From Thermoplasmatota archaeon (GTDB lineage Archaea; Thermoplasmatota; Poseidoniia; Poseidoniales; Thalassarchaeaceae), in NCBI GenBank assembly GCA_036154155.1, contig JAYZLP010000023.1, positions 3,056-67,055 on the forward strand: a stretch of DNA of 64,000 nucleotides, in the 5' to 3' direction. How positions within the stretch are numbered: the first letter of the stretch is position 1; each line of letters starts with the position of its first letter. The notes below the pieces were generated by a model. It ran no database searches. It was not told where the DNA came from and was given only the letters and a program-made list of their open reading frames with translations. Position numbers and translations under genes: made by a program. Shown piece after piece: positions 9,358 through 19,642 of this stretch.

Positions 9358-10928
9358 AAATGCGCTGGGATGTTGTCGGTTTTGTATTGGGATGGACGAT
9401 CAGACTAGTCGCCCTCCCCCTAGCAATTGTAGCTGCGTACAGTTGCTACTTAGCTGAATCCGAGGGTTACGAGTTCGCTGCTAGGACATACCTCCTGCCC
9501 CTGATGATAGCAGCCATAGTGGGCCAGGGGCTGGTCTCACTTGCTAAGGGGGCTGACACCGGCTCAAGGTTACGCGACAGAGAGGCTTTCGCCTCAGTCG
9601 CTCTTGGTTGGATACCAGTGGTTCTCGTAGGGGCTCTACCATACTGGCTCGGAGGAGTATTCTACGGGCCTTTCCAACTATCCGATCCGGGCGTCGGACT
9701 CTCTGACGTACTCCTTGGTGCGGTACACTCATGGTTTGAATCAATGTCAGGATTCACCACGACCGGGGCCACCGTTATCGATCCAGCCACCAGCCCACTA
9801 TGTCAGGCCGTAACTGACTGCATAGGGTCTCAGCCAGAGAGCCTGATAGTTTGGCGTTCTGTTTCTCAGTGGCTGGGGGGAATGGGAGTGATAATGCTGG
9901 GACTACTGATACTATCCCAGGCACTGGGAGGGGGAATGACTCTAGCAAGAGCAGAATTGACTGGTCCAACCCTATCTAGACTCGGCCCCTCCCTACAATG
10001 GACGGCTAGGAGATTGTGGTCAATTTACATCGCTCTGACGATTATCGAGATCCTCCTGCTAAGGTTCGTCGGGGACATGTCCCTGTTCGATTCCGTGAAC
10101 TACTCTCTTACCACCCTATCTTCCGGGGGCTTCGGTACCACTGACGGCGGAATCATGTCCTTTGATTCTGCAAGGATAGAGTCAATCGTCATGGTTTTCA
10201 TGCTCATAACATGTATCAACTTCAGTCTGTTGCACCTCGTACTTGCAGGACGTTCGCGTGAGGCACTCAGGGACGAGGAGTTCAGAGGCTACATCCTGAT
10301 CATTCTAATTGCATGGCTAGCCATGTCGTTCAACCTCCTGCGTTCCGGGGTCGAGGGAGAAGGAGTCCTCGAGACGATGAGGCATACCGCATTCCAAGCG
10401 ATTTCAATTTCAAGCACTGGGTACTCCTCTGCTGATTTCGCCTCTTGGCCGGTATTCAGCCAATTTGTCCTTCTTTTGCTTATGATAATAGGTGCTTCTG
10501 CAGGCTCTACCGGCGGTGGGCTCAAGGTCCTCAGGATTAGAATCGCATTCGAGCTATCGAAGAGGGAGATACTCAGGATCATCAGGCCAAGGAAGGTAGT
10601 CGCTATACGACTCAATGGGGAAGTTCTGGACGATGGTAGAATTTGGACAGTGCTTGGCATGCTCAGCTCTTGGACCGTCCTTGTAACGGCTTCCATGCTT
10701 GCTCTGGCCCTATTAGAGCCGTCATTGGAAATGACTGACGTCCTGTCCATCTCGGTTTCATTACTTGGCAACACAGGCCCTGCTCTGGGGGCATTTGGAC
10801 CTACTGCGACTTGGGCCGCTCTAAGCGAACCATCCATGATTGTAGCTAGCCTACTGATGTGGCTTGGAAGGCTGGAGCTTCTAACGGTCCTCGTCCTTCT
10901 GCACCCCAAAACATGGGGCGGAGACTAG
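9354..10928 (+). CDS. trkH: Trk system potassium uptake membrane protein TrkH
   Basis: FESMSGFTTTGAT, QWLGGMG, GSTGGGLK, GNTGP and MWLGRLE motifs. Confidence 0.96.
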   Translation: MKMRWDVVGFVLGWTIRLVALPLAIVAAYSCYLAESEGYEFAARTYLLPLMIAAIVGQGLVSLAKGADTGSRLRDREAFASVALGWIPVVLVGALPYWLGGVFYGPFQLSDPGVGLSDVLLGAVHSWFESMSGFTTTGATVIDPATSPLCQAVTDCIGSQPESLIVWRSVSQWLGGMGVIMLGLLILSQALGGGMTLARAELTGPTLSRLGPSLQWTARRLWSIYIALTIIEILLLRFVGDMSLFDSVNYSLTTLSSGGFGTTDGGIMSFDSARIESIVMVFMLITCINFSLLHLVLAGRSREALRDEEFRGYILIILIAWLAMSFNLLRSGVEGEGVLETMRHTAFQAISISSTGYSSADFASWPVFSQFVLLLLMIIGASAGSTGGGLKVLRIRIAFELSKREILRIIRPRKVVAIRLNGEVLDDGRIWTVLGMLSSWTVLVTASMLALALLEPSLEMTDVLSISVSLLGNTGPALGAFGPTATWAALSEPSMIVASLLMWLGRLELLTVLVLLHPKTWGGD

Positions 10929-12424
10929 TAGGAGTCCAATGTGAATTGGGTGCTGTTCCCGTTATCAGAAGACCCCTCATCCGAAACCTCTTCCTCGGCC
11001 TCAACAGGAACAACTTCCTCTTCCGCCTCATCAAAGATTTTGATGATGCTCTTGCCTTCTCTACCACTTTTCGGGATGCCATGTAGAGCCAGGTGATCCT
11101 CCACTCCGAGGCCGAGATTTACCGACACAGAGAAGTCCCGAGAGTCGCCACCCAATGATTCGTCATGTACCGCTAGCAATATTGGCCAAATTTCCTCTCT
11201 AAATGAGGATCTACTGGTTGAGATAATATCAGCCATCTTCTCAACCACGGTACGCGATCTCCACGTCTCGCCACCCCTCCGTAGAAAATCGGGAAAACCG
11301 AGATACGGGTCAGAAGTTATTGGATTCTGAGATACCGCAGACTGGGACGTCAGGGCCGAGCCCCAATACCACGATCTGAATGCCCTATTCGTGAATTTTG
11401 TTGCCAGTGACCTATCTGCCATTTCCATGGCCGGACTAATCCTTCTAAGGCTCTTGGAATCAAACACGGATTGGTTATTCCATGCGAACCAAGCAAGCAT
11501 CTGATCCGGGTCCTTGTCGCTATTCATCAGGATGGAACTAGCCTCCTTTCCTGACTTGCTGGAGTAAACCTCTCTCATCGCTCTGAACACATCTACTTGG
11601 ACGTCTCTGACAGCTACTTCGGATAGATCCGCCACGTCTCCCGAAGAGATGTGTCCGTTGCTTATGGAACAAAGGGCCTGCAAATCCCGAACCAAAGCCC
11701 GCAAGTCACCGGGGTTAGATGCAACCAGCTCTTCCAATGCCCCAGGGTCAATGGTAAAACCCTCACTATCGAGAACTCTATGAGCAATTTTCCTCATGTC
11801 CAAATTTCCCGCTCTCTTGAATTGAACAAGCTCGGCGTAAGATAGGACCCGGTCCCTATTCCTTCTCCACGAACGCCCCGATCCCCAAAGCCTCATTGGA
11901 TCATTACAGGTCATTATTACCGGCTGCTCTGTTACACTCAAGAGTCTCAGGAGCTCAGCCTTTCCCCCAGAGTCGCCAACCAGTACTGGCCCCTCCTCGT
12001 CACTAGAAATCACCCTTTCTAACCTATCTTCAGAGATCTCTGTGAATCCTCCTCCAAGATGATCAACCTCGTCTAGGAGGATTACGGTTCTTCCGTCATT
12101 GTTAGCCCCACCTGAGAAGGCATCCAGGGAAATGTGCTGTGACCCCCTAGTAGCAGATTTCCTAATCGCAGCCGCATTCCTCTCTTCCGATGCATTCAAT
12201 TCGATAATCATCCAACCGCGCTCCTTCGCGATTGCCTTAGCTAATGTTGTCTTTCCAACACCCGGTGGACCAGAGAGCAGGATTCCCCTTTTGGCAGGCT
12301 TTTCACCCTTCTCCCAATGGTCAAGCCACCTCCTTATGGCCCTCATCTGACTGTCGTTCCCTTCCATCTCGCGAAGGCTGGAGGGCCTGTGACGTTCAGT
12401 CCAGTCCTCGTCATCCGTGACCAT
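10925..12424 (-). CDS. rfcL: replication factor C large subunit
   Basis: WTERHRP, GPPGVGKTT, IELNASEER, LLDEVD and GDLR motifs, acidic tail; start chosen at MVTDDEDW. Confidence 0.92.
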   Translation of the reverse strand: MVTDDEDWTERHRPSSLREMEGNDSQMRAIRRWLDHWEKGEKPAKRGILLSGPPGVGKTTLAKAIAKERGWMIIELNASEERNAAAIRKSATRGSQHISLDAFSGGANNDGRTVILLDEVDHLGGGFTEISEDRLERVISSDEEGPVLVGDSGGKAELLRLLSVTEQPVIMTCNDPMRLWGSGRSWRRNRDRVLSYAELVQFKRAGNLDMRKIAHRVLDSEGFTIDPGALEELVASNPGDLRALVRDLQALCSISNGHISSGDVADLSEVAVRDVQVDVFRAMREVYSSKSGKEASSILMNSDKDPDQMLAWFAWNNQSVFDSKSLRRISPAMEMADRSLATKFTNRAFRSWYWGSALTSQSAVSQNPITSDPYLGFPDFLRRGGETWRSRTVVEKMADIISTSRSSFREEIWPILLAVHDESLGGDSRDFSVSVNLGLGVEDHLALHGIPKSGREGKSIIKIFDEAEEEVVPVEAEEEVSDEGSSDNGNSTQFTLDSY

Positions 12425-12464
12425 CGTCTGTCTTGTGGAAGTGGAGCCCCTTGAAGATTCGCCG

Positions 12465-14183
12465 TCAAAACATCCCGTTAAGGCTCCTCGAGCCAATTCC
12501 TTCGATGACCATTTCTATGGGAGCCCGGATCTGCATCTGATCGTCTCTTCTTCGAACTGTCACAGTCCTGTCTTCCAATGATGTATGATCAACGGTAATC
12601 GCCCATGGCACCCCAATTTCGTCTGCTCTCGCATACCTCCTGCCAATGGACCTTGAAGTGTCAATATCTGCCCTAATGCCCGGGATTGAGTTTATTTCGG
12701 ATGCTAGATTCCTCGCCAACTCGTCCATACCATCCTTGTCGAATAGGGGTAGGACCGATACATCGTAGGGGGTTACACGTTCGTCTAGTGATAGTATTGT
12801 GTACTCTTCCCCCTCCTTCCCGCTTTCGTTGAATGCATGGTCAATAACATGCCAAATTATCCTATCAATGCCGAATGCTGGCTCAACGACATGAGGGGTG
12901 AACCACTCGCCATGCACGTTTACTTCCTCGAACCTCCTAGTTACCATCTCCGAGGTAATTTCCACAATTTCCCCCTCCCCAATATCGATAGAGAAAGGTA
13001 AATTTCCGGGGATCTCCTCCAATCTGGAGAGCGCATCAGATACATTCGAGGCCTTACCTTTGAAGATAGGCCCAATTACCGATCCAATAGGAGAAAGAAC
13101 CTCTCTCTTGACAAGAACAGGTTCCGAATACTGCCTCCACCCCCTCAGCAGATTAGTTCCTGAGTGCTCTTCGTGTGACTCAAGATCGTGACAGGTCCTG
13201 TTGGCGATTCCAACGCACTCGATCCACCCATACTCGCCAAATATCTCGCAATCCCAGCAATCTGATGCATAATGCGCCATCTCTGTACTGGTGTGTTGCC
13301 TGAATCTAATTTTCGAACCATCAATGCCGATGCCAACAAGGAAATCCCATGTTCGTGCTAGGAACCAAGCCACAGTAGGGTGCTTGATCATCCCCCTTTC
13401 AAGGGCATCAGCGAAGGATATTCTGTGAGTCTCAAGATCCCCTCCCTCGGGATCGGGAACCAATTCTACAGGGGTATCCAACCCTCCAATATCACCCATT
13501 GGCGGGTCCTGTGGATCAATGAAGTATTCCAACTCAGCCATATTAAATTCCCTTAGCCTAATCATGCCCTGCCTCGGACTAATCTCGTTCCGGTATCCCC
13601 TGCCTGTCTGCAATGCTCCAAATGGAAGCTTCTGCTTGAAATGCCGGTAAAGGGAGGGGTACAACATGAACATCCCCTGTGCAGTTTCCGGCCTCATATA
13701 GGCCTCCCTTCCTCCCTTCATTGCTCCGATGGTAGTTGGAAACATCAGGTTCATCGGTTTAGCGGGATTCCAGTTGCACTCCCCACAGTTCGGGCATGTT
13801 ACTCCCTCGGCAGAAATCACGTCGTCAATCTCTCTGCCTGAAATCGAATCAGGGTTCGGGTGTCTCCCTTCTATGAGGTGATCACTCCTGAATATGCCCT
13901 CGCAAGAAATACACTCTGACATGTGGTCATTGAACTCCCCGACATGCCCACTAGCCACAAGAACCTCCTTCGGCGTTATTGAGGGCGAGTCAATTTCTAC
14001 GACATCACCTTGGCTCGTCCAATGGTCGACCCAGGATTCTACGACCCTTCTTTTGATCCTAGCCCCAACGGGGCCGTAATCTATCAATCCAGAAACTCCT
14101 CCGTATATCTCAAAAGATGGGAGGACAATACCTCTCCTCCTCATCATGGAAGTTAGACGCTCCAATCTACCCTCTTCGGACAT
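12465..14183 (-). CDS. glyS: glycine--tRNA ligase (alpha2, archaeal/eukaryotic type)
   Basis: IYGGVSGLIDYGP, MRPETAQG, RNEISPRQGMIRLREF, AHYASDCWD, EPAFGIDR and SIGRRYARADEIG motifs. Confidence 0.97.
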   Translation of the reverse strand: MSEEGRLERLTSMMRRRGIVLPSFEIYGGVSGLIDYGPVGARIKRRVVESWVDHWTSQGDVVEIDSPSITPKEVLVASGHVGEFNDHMSECISCEGIFRSDHLIEGRHPNPDSISGREIDDVISAEGVTCPNCGECNWNPAKPMNLMFPTTIGAMKGGREAYMRPETAQGMFMLYPSLYRHFKQKLPFGALQTGRGYRNEISPRQGMIRLREFNMAELEYFIDPQDPPMGDIGGLDTPVELVPDPEGGDLETHRISFADALERGMIKHPTVAWFLARTWDFLVGIGIDGSKIRFRQHTSTEMAHYASDCWDCEIFGEYGWIECVGIANRTCHDLESHEEHSGTNLLRGWRQYSEPVLVKREVLSPIGSVIGPIFKGKASNVSDALSRLEEIPGNLPFSIDIGEGEIVEITSEMVTRRFEEVNVHGEWFTPHVVEPAFGIDRIIWHVIDHAFNESGKEGEEYTILSLDERVTPYDVSVLPLFDKDGMDELARNLASEINSIPGIRADIDTSRSIGRRYARADEIGVPWAITVDHTSLEDRTVTVRRRDDQMQIRAPIEMVIEGIGSRSLNGMF

Positions 14184-14353
14184 GTTCGAGTCATCGACTC
14201 TCCCATCTCGCTTTCAAGCCATCCTAGCATTATGGCGCTAGAACGTCTATACTGCACTAATTGCATCACCGCCATCCCAATGCACTGTATTCCTCGAGAA
14301 GATAACATTGATGTACGTACACGAGGCCCGCCAACCGTTAGGTGCACGAAAAA

Positions 14354-17300
14354 ATGCCAATAATTGAGTACGTAGAAGACCGGATGGAGACAGAGGAGCT
14401 TTTGGAAAACCTCAGTCAACCAGTAAGGAACTGGTTCACGGACAAGTTTCCCGATTTCACGGAGCCTCAGAAGGTCGCTATACCTAGGATACTCAAGGGT
14501 GAGCACCTACTGCTCTGCTCTCCAACAGGATCGGGAAAGACGCTAACGGCCTTCCTCACAATTATCGACGACTTGGTAAGGAGATCCCTCGATGGTTCAC
14601 TCTCGGACTCCGTTCAGTGCGTCTATATCTCCCCGATTAAGGCCCTGGCTAATGACATTGAGAAGAATCTGATAGGCCCATTAGAGGAAATCAAGGAGAG
14701 GTACCTGCCCAGCAGGGCCAAGGAAATAAAAGTCGGACTAAGAACGGGAGACACCCCTCAGAGCGAGAGGGAAAAGATGCTCAGGAAACCCCCTCACATC
14801 CTTATTACAACCCCAGAATCACTCGCTCTAGGACTCGCCTCCAAGAGGTTCAGGCCAATCCTTGACGAGATGAAGTGGCTAATTATCGACGAGATGCACT
14901 CACTGGTCCCAACAAAGAGGGGGACTCACTTATCCCTAAGTATGGCCCTAATGGACTCAGTCGTGTCTTCCGAGGTCCAAAGAATCGGGATTAGCGCGAC
15001 TATGGAACCCCTTGACGCCGTCGCTGAGTTCCTAGTTGCTAGCGACTCAAGAGAGAGGGACGAGGATAATCAGAAGGTCGCCATAGCAAAAATCTCTGGA
15101 GACAGAGAATTGGACCTTGACATCATCCTCCCAACCCCCAGATTCAGCTCAACTCCCGTGAAGGAGGTCCTCGATCACAATATAGACAGGATCAAGGAAC
15201 TTGTCGAGGCACATACTACCACTCTGGTCTTCGTCAATACTAGGAATATGACCGAGACATTCGTTCAGAAGCTAAAGGTAGCAGGTTTGGAGGGCGTAGA
15301 GGGCCATCACGGATCTATGGACAAGGCAATCAGGCTAGATGTTGAGAGGCAGCTGAAGAACGGCCTTCTCCGATGCGTGGTTTCCTCCTCAAGCCTTGAG
15401 ATGGGTATAGATATCGGTTCAGTAGACCTAGTCATCCAGGTTGGGTCACCTGGATCAATAGCCACAGCTCTCCAGAGAATTGGCCGTGCTGGCCATCAGG
15501 TAGGGGGCCTTCCTCGGGCTAGGTTCCTCCCCACCTCGCCTCACGACCTACTCGAGGTGGTCGCGCTTCAAACTGCTATACTAGAGGGTGAAATGGACCT
15601 TCTAAAATTCCCTGAAAATTGCTTGGACGTGCTAGCGCAATTCCTCATTGGACTAACAATCATCAAAGAATGGGATATTGATGAGGCATTCGACCTAGTC
15701 TCCTCTTCATGGCCATACAGATCGCTTCCCTATGATGATTACATCGAGGTTCTCGACATGCTCGACGAGGAGCGTAGGCTTTGGCTAGACTGGGAAGACA
15801 ACAAGTTCGGGAAGAGAGGGTTTGCCCAGATGATATACTACACCAATATTGGAACCATAGCCCCCGATAACAACTACCTCGTATTCACAGGGGACGGGAC
15901 CCTAGTCGGACAGTTGTCATCCTCTTTCGTTTCCAGTCTCCGGAATGGCGACGTATTCCTTCTTGGAGGCTCCACATACAGGGTTGCAAGTGTAAGGGGG
16001 ACTAGGGTGAATGTTACTCCTGCAACAGGATATAGGCCCACTATACCTTCCTGGACTGGCGAGGCCAACAGCAGGACCCACGAGCTGAGCCAGGCAGTCT
16101 TGAGGCTACTGGGGCACGTATCAATTGGAATTAGGATGGGCGAAGACTCCGAGCCACTCCTGATTGACGCCCTAGGGCTCAATAGGCCAGTCGCACTAGC
16201 ATTGAAGCAGTTTCTCGATGAGCACTCCGCGACGACATTCCAGGTTCCATCAAATGACAGAATCCTAGTCGAGCAGGTAGAAGCCCCCCTTCCCACATAT
16301 GTCGTAACAACCTGCAGAGGGAGGGCATTCAATCTGGCACTGGGCTACCTTTTCGCCGGAATAGCGGCTCAGGACAATGTAATAGTTCACGAATTGTCAT
16401 TCGATGAGAATGGATTCATGGCCAAACTAAGCCACGAGGTCGAGATATCGAAAATACCCGATGTTTTCAGGAACGACTCCAGTGAGGAGGTTCTTCAGAG
16501 GTATCTCATGGATTCGCAATTGTTTGCAAAGAGATTCAGGGAAGTCTCATCAAGAAGCATGCTTAATCCTCGTAGGATAGGATCCGAGGAAGTTAGTCCC
16601 AAGCAGTTCCAACAAAAGGCAGAGGCAATCATGACAAAGCATAGGCAGTTGGATGGCTCGGTAATTATTCGAGAAGCCATGAATGAGATCATGAATGGCG
16701 ATTTGGATATGAAGCAGCTAAGGAACTTCATCATGAGGATGGATAGTGAGGATGTCAGGATTGTTCATCGAAGGGTGAAGATGCCGTCCCCTCTGGGAAT
16801 GACGCTTTTCATGTCAGCATTCGAGGACCTATTGAGCCTCAGAACTCGGGCCTACCTAATCAAGGACGTAGACCCCGAGATCCTCAGGAGGCTTCTAGGT
16901 GCTCGCTCATTGGCCACAGATCTCGACAAAGAGAGAATCGGAGAATATTACCAATCGAAGGTCGCTGTTCCGAATGACGCACTTAGCCTTCTAAGACTCA
17001 TGGATATGGGAGGGGGCTTGGAGAGGCAACTCACACACCCTCTCTACAGTGAGAAACTAAAGGGCCTCGATTTCGATACACTTAGGGGATGGGTGCACGA
17101 ATTAGCTGAGAGGGGCCTGATTACAAAGGTCCGTAATACGAACCACGAGCAAATCGATGACAAGTGGTTCTCGATGAGGATGGCCAGCGTTCATGGCACC
17201 CTGGGTTGCCTAGCCGTGGCCGGGGCTTCTGAGATGGACGATCTTAGGGCACTTTACACAGGGGGAATGACATACGAGATGGCAGAGGGCTTCAAGGGAT

Positions 17301-19642
17301 CAGAACCCGAGAGATGGGTAGAATCAAATCTCTCCGACCCCATCGACTGCCTCAGGCTAAAGCTCCTTGATATGCTGGGTTCAGAGGGCCCTCAAACATT
17401 GGAATCACTAAGTGAAAGGCTACCATTCCCCCTCGCCCAAGTTGAATCTGTCCTTCAGGAGTTGGAGATGAGAAACCTGGTTTCAATTGGCTTCTTCACT
17501 CAGACAGACGAAGGCGAGTTTATCCTGAGGGTGGATGAGTACAGAATAACAGGTGGAAGCGTCGAAGTTGTAGACTACAGGACCCTGCAGACTTTGCTTC
17601 TCCAGAAGTCATTCACCAAGTTCGACGAGCCTTCTGAGGCCATACGATCACTGGCCCTAATCCAGAGAAGGGATGAGTTGCTACACAGGGTCGACAACTA
17701 CAGGTTCAGGGATTGGAAAGATATCAAACACGATCCGGATGTATTCAATGGAAGACTCCTCCATAACCGAGTCGGCTACACAACTAGAGACCAACTTCCA
17801 ATGCTTCAGGGGCTCAGGACTGAGCCGTGGTTAGGCGCTCTTGAAACCGAGCTTCTGGAGAAGATTCCCGAGGAAGGAATTACTCGCACTGAGCTATTCT
17901 CGGAATACCCCCGAGGAAAGGAAAACCAGCACATACAGAAGAGCCTCAAGAGGGCCCTTTCCAATCTAGAGAGGCAACTTGTGGTAGCCAAGCAGTTCCT
18001 CGATATGCCTAACAGGAGGAGGTCAGTAGCGATATTCAGGAAGGTCCATGGTGCGATTGAAGCAATGCCCTTCCCCCAGGCACTCTCCACTCTGATAAAG
18101 AAAATCGGACCAGTGAGGCTACACACTCTACGCTTCTTCGTAAGCAGACCTGTCGAGGAGTTGGCAGAGGTCCTCAGAGAGCTAGAGTCTGACGGCAGCA
18201 TATGCAGAGTAGTCGCACTGCAACCAGACCCAACTGACTACTATGCTTCCCATGAAGATGCAGAGAGGCTCCTATCCCCAATGCCCGAGGATAGGGAAAT
18301 GAGGATACTTTCCCAATCAGACCCATTCTGCAGCAGGTTCATCCAGGAGGTCAGGATGATACTCAAACAGGGCTGGTACCACCCTGTCTTCAAAGGGGTC
18401 GACCCCATTGGCAGAATTCTTATGTTCGTAGTAAACGACTACCTGGAAATTAAGGACATCAACATCCCCCATTCGTATCTCGACGAATTCAAGGTGGCGT
18501 TCAACGATCTACTGGAAAACTATCGGGATAGGCTAGTGGACGTCTCAGTAATCCATGCCTTCAATGGGGTCCCAGTGCATGATTGTGACGAGAACATCCA
18601 GTCAATTCTTTCTGAATTGGGATTCTCATCCATGGGCGACGATGAGAGGTATATCAGAGGCGGAATTGTGGAACCGCGCCCCCGCCAAGAGATCAATAGG
18701 AGGCTATTCCATCGTCACAACGTCCACCAGAATAGCCGCTGGGAAAATGAGACCTTCGCCCTGAAGGATATTGACGAGCTCAGGGACGACTTCGCCTTGA
18801 GGGGACGTTGCGAGATGTTCCGTGTAGACCTCCAGTCGATGGCCGCTACAGAGCAACTACACCAAGGCACTAATCTCAGGGGCCACCAGGTCTGGGCCAG
18901 ACTGCCCCATTTCCAGAGGCTACTGACGATCCGGAACATGCAGCCCGAGGACGATGTACTGGGAATCCTCGATTTCTTCAGTAACCACAATGATCCATCT
19001 GTGTTTATGGAAAGGCTGGCAATGAAGAGGGGAGAGTTCAGGAAACTGATATCCCCATTGGTCAGGAGCGGCCATCTCGTCCAAGATTATCGCGGCGGTT
19101 TCAAGACCGTGAAACCACTTGAGGGAGTCGACCTCTGGCAGATTAAGAGTGACTACCTGAGAGACATGGTCGAGGAGTACCCTGTAATTACGATGAAGCA
19201 ATTCGAGAGGCTAGCCGGAACCCCATTCGCCCCTGAGGAAATTAGTGACGTTCTTCATGAGTTTGAGGAGGATGGCACGCTCATCAAGGGCTTCCTCGTC
19301 GATGACCAACACGACATCTCATGGGGGCGCAAGGACCTTTTGGAAGTTGAGGGGATACCCAGAACAAGAGATCTAGTAATACCTCCTTCGGACTCTCTGA
19401 TTCACTACTTTGGAGGGATTCTACGGGAAAAGTTCGGCTACGGCTCCGCCTACTTGGTGTTCCACAAGGAGGAGCCCATTGCCGCATTCAAGGCCAATAC
19501 TAGGAACGGAACCATCGATGTCACCGATTTCGTTGGCGACTCCGAGCTTGAGAAGGAGGCCCTGAGGGTGATGAAGGAGTTCGCCTGGGAGCACCAGATG
19601 CCCCTAACGGGAGAGCTATACGAAAAGCTCAGGTCAAGATGA
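14354..19642 (+). CDS. lhr: long Lhr-family SF2 helicase with extended C-terminal region
   Basis: Q motif FTEPQ, SPTGSGKT, YISPIKALAND, RTGDT, DEMH, SAT, HHGSM, QRIGRAGH and TIPSWTGE motifs; about 1760 aa. Start is GTG 14342 or ATG 14354. Confidence 0.93.
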   Translation: MPIIEYVEDRMETEELLENLSQPVRNWFTDKFPDFTEPQKVAIPRILKGEHLLLCSPTGSGKTLTAFLTIIDDLVRRSLDGSLSDSVQCVYISPIKALANDIEKNLIGPLEEIKERYLPSRAKEIKVGLRTGDTPQSEREKMLRKPPHILITTPESLALGLASKRFRPILDEMKWLIIDEMHSLVPTKRGTHLSLSMALMDSVVSSEVQRIGISATMEPLDAVAEFLVASDSRERDEDNQKVAIAKISGDRELDLDIILPTPRFSSTPVKEVLDHNIDRIKELVEAHTTTLVFVNTRNMTETFVQKLKVAGLEGVEGHHGSMDKAIRLDVERQLKNGLLRCVVSSSSLEMGIDIGSVDLVIQVGSPGSIATALQRIGRAGHQVGGLPRARFLPTSPHDLLEVVALQTAILEGEMDLLKFPENCLDVLAQFLIGLTIIKEWDIDEAFDLVSSSWPYRSLPYDDYIEVLDMLDEERRLWLDWEDNKFGKRGFAQMIYYTNIGTIAPDNNYLVFTGDGTLVGQLSSSFVSSLRNGDVFLLGGSTYRVASVRGTRVNVTPATGYRPTIPSWTGEANSRTHELSQAVLRLLGHVSIGIRMGEDSEPLLIDALGLNRPVALALKQFLDEHSATTFQVPSNDRILVEQVEAPLPTYVVTTCRGRAFNLALGYLFAGIAAQDNVIVHELSFDENGFMAKLSHEVEISKIPDVFRNDSSEEVLQRYLMDSQLFAKRFREVSSRSMLNPRRIGSEEVSPKQFQQKAEAIMTKHRQLDGSVIIREAMNEIMNGDLDMKQLRNFIMRMDSEDVRIVHRRVKMPSPLGMTLFMSAFEDLLSLRTRAYLIKDVDPEILRRLLGARSLATDLDKERIGEYYQSKVAVPNDALSLLRLMDMGGGLERQLTHPLYSEKLKGLDFDTLRGWVHELAERGLITKVRNTNHEQIDDKWFSMRMASVHGTLGCLAVAGASEMDDLRALYTGGMTYEMAEGFKGSEPERWVESNLSDPIDCLRLKLLDMLGSEGPQTLESLSERLPFPLAQVESVLQELEMRNLVSIGFFTQTDEGEFILRVDEYRITGGSVEVVDYRTLQTLLLQKSFTKFDEPSEAIRSLALIQRRDELLHRVDNYRFRDWKDIKHDPDVFNGRLLHNRVGYTTRDQLPMLQGLRTEPWLGALETELLEKIPEEGITRTELFSEYPRGKENQHIQKSLKRALSNLERQLVVAKQFLDMPNRRRSVAIFRKVHGAIEAMPFPQALSTLIKKIGPVRLHTLRFFVSRPVEELAEVLRELESDGSICRVVALQPDPTDYYASHEDAERLLSPMPEDREMRILSQSDPFCSRFIQEVRMILKQGWYHPVFKGVDPIGRILMFVVNDYLEIKDINIPHSYLDEFKVAFNDLLENYRDRLVDVSVIHAFNGVPVHDCDENIQSILSELGFSSMGDDERYIRGGIVEPRPRQEINRRLFHRHNVHQNSRWENETFALKDIDELRDDFALRGRCEMFRVDLQSMAATEQLHQGTNLRGHQVWARLPHFQRLLTIRNMQPEDDVLGILDFFSNHNDPSVFMERLAMKRGEFRKLISPLVRSGHLVQDYRGGFKTVKPLEGVDLWQIKSDYLRDMVEEYPVITMKQFERLAGTPFAPEEISDVLHEFEEDGTLIKGFLVDDQHDISWGRKDLLEVEGIPRTRDLVIPPSDSLIHYFGGILREKFGYGSAYLVFHKEEPIAAFKANTRNGTIDVTDFVGDSELEKEALRVMKEFAWEHQMPLTGELYEKLRSR

